Of a DNA stretch of 28,734 bases, positions 28,053 to 28,734 are shown piece by piece. Within the stretch, counting starts at the first letter, position 1. Each line of letters opens with the position of its first letter. The stretch is taken from NCBI GenBank assembly GCA_021296015.1, contig JAGWBG010000001.1:1-28734 (forward strand). Direction: 5' to 3'. This stretch comes from Dehalococcoidia bacterium. GTDB taxonomy: Bacteria; Chloroflexota; Dehalococcoidia; Lucifugimonadales; JAGWBF01. The notes under the pieces were generated by a model. That model was not told where the DNA came from, did no database searches, and saw only the letters and a list, made by a program, of their open reading frames with translations. Position numbers and translations under genes: made by a program.

Positions 28053-28734
28053 TCAGGATAAAGAAGCCCTTGCGAAAGGCATTCCCAAAAGGGTCAAAAG
28101 GCGCTCGGCCTCCGCATCGGTCCTTGCGGTGGTGGCGATAGTCACCTGGAAGCCACGGATGCGCTCTATCTGACCATAGTCTATTTCAGGGAATATTATC
28201 TGCTCCCGGATGCCCATGGAGTAGTTGCCGCGTCCATCGAAACTCCTGGGAGAAACACCCCGGAAATCTCTGATACGGGGCAGGGCAGTGTTGAAGAGCC
28301 GGTCTACGAAATGGTACATCCTGGTCCCCCGGAGGGTCACACACACACCTATGGTATTGCCCTCTCTCAACTTGAACCCCGCTATGGACTTCCTGGCTCG
28401 CGTCACTATGGGTTTCTGACCGGATATGGCGGTGAGATCCCTGGTAGCGCTCTCTATGGCCCTTGGATTCGTCAGCGCCTCTCCCAAGCCAATATTGAGC
28501 ATCACCTTCTTCAGTCGTGGCACCTGCATGATGTTATCGTACTCGAACTCTCGCATCATGGTGGGCACTACTTCCGAGAAGTGCACTGCCCGGAGACGCG
28601 GGTTCGCCAGTTCCGCCCCATCGGCGGCGGTAGACGCACCGTTCTCCCCGGACGAAGGCTGCGGCTCCTCAACCGCCTGGGTAGCCTCTGCCCTACTCCT
28701 ACGCCTGCTGCCTGAGGATGAGCCTTCAGTCCGG
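28053..28734 (-). CDS. rplE: 50S ribosomal protein L5, 5' end beyond the window, with long N-terminal extension
   Basis: [41 protein letters not shown] and [10 protein letters not shown] motifs. Frame stays open to the window edge. Confidence 0.96.
   Translation of the reverse strand, partial: RTEGSSSGSRRRSRAEATQAVEEPQPSSGENGASTAADGAELANPRLRAVHFSEVVPTMMREFEYDNIMQVPRLKKVMLNIGLGEALTNPRAIESATRDLTAISGQKPIVTRARKSIAGFKLREGNTIGVCVTLRGTRMYHFVDRLFNTALPRIRDFRGVSPRSFDGRGNYSMGIREQIIFPEIDYGQIERIRGFQVTIATTARTDAEAERLLTLLGMPFARASLS

Overview
Bacterial window. Gene order and protein style suggest Chloroflexota, probably Dehalococcoidia/SAR202-like (inference). Left part (1-8.1 kb): the 3' end of a UbiE/MenG methyltransferase, a cupin, and two convergent redox genes that the ORF track splits. 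Each has an in-frame TGA exactly at the catalytic Cys position with a hairpin just downstream, so both are probable selenoproteins (a lipoprotein TlpA/AhpC-TSA redoxin with UxxC, and an OsmC-like protein with UxxM). Next come an SDR, REP-like palindromes, a hydantoinase/oxoprolinase A/B pair with an orphan minimal nucleotidyltransferase between the subunits, an unannotated 57-aa ORF, a stand-alone DnaJ-type zinc-finger mini-protein and a probable 6S RNA. Middle (8.1-17.1 kb): a sigma70-type promoter, SAM-I riboswitch and attenuator lead a SAM-cycle/MTA-salvage operon (mtnA, mtnP, rhodanese, PfkB kinase broken by one TAA, ahcY, metK), followed by a phosphohexomutase and a bifunctional PGI/PMI. 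Right (17.1-28.7 kb, minus strand): the spc-alpha ribosomal cluster from rplE (partial) to rpsI. No recognisable L30 is present; a 52-codon ORF fills its slot exactly. L5, L6 and RpoA carry low-complexity extensions. No CRISPR array, tRNA, rRNA or transposase was seen.
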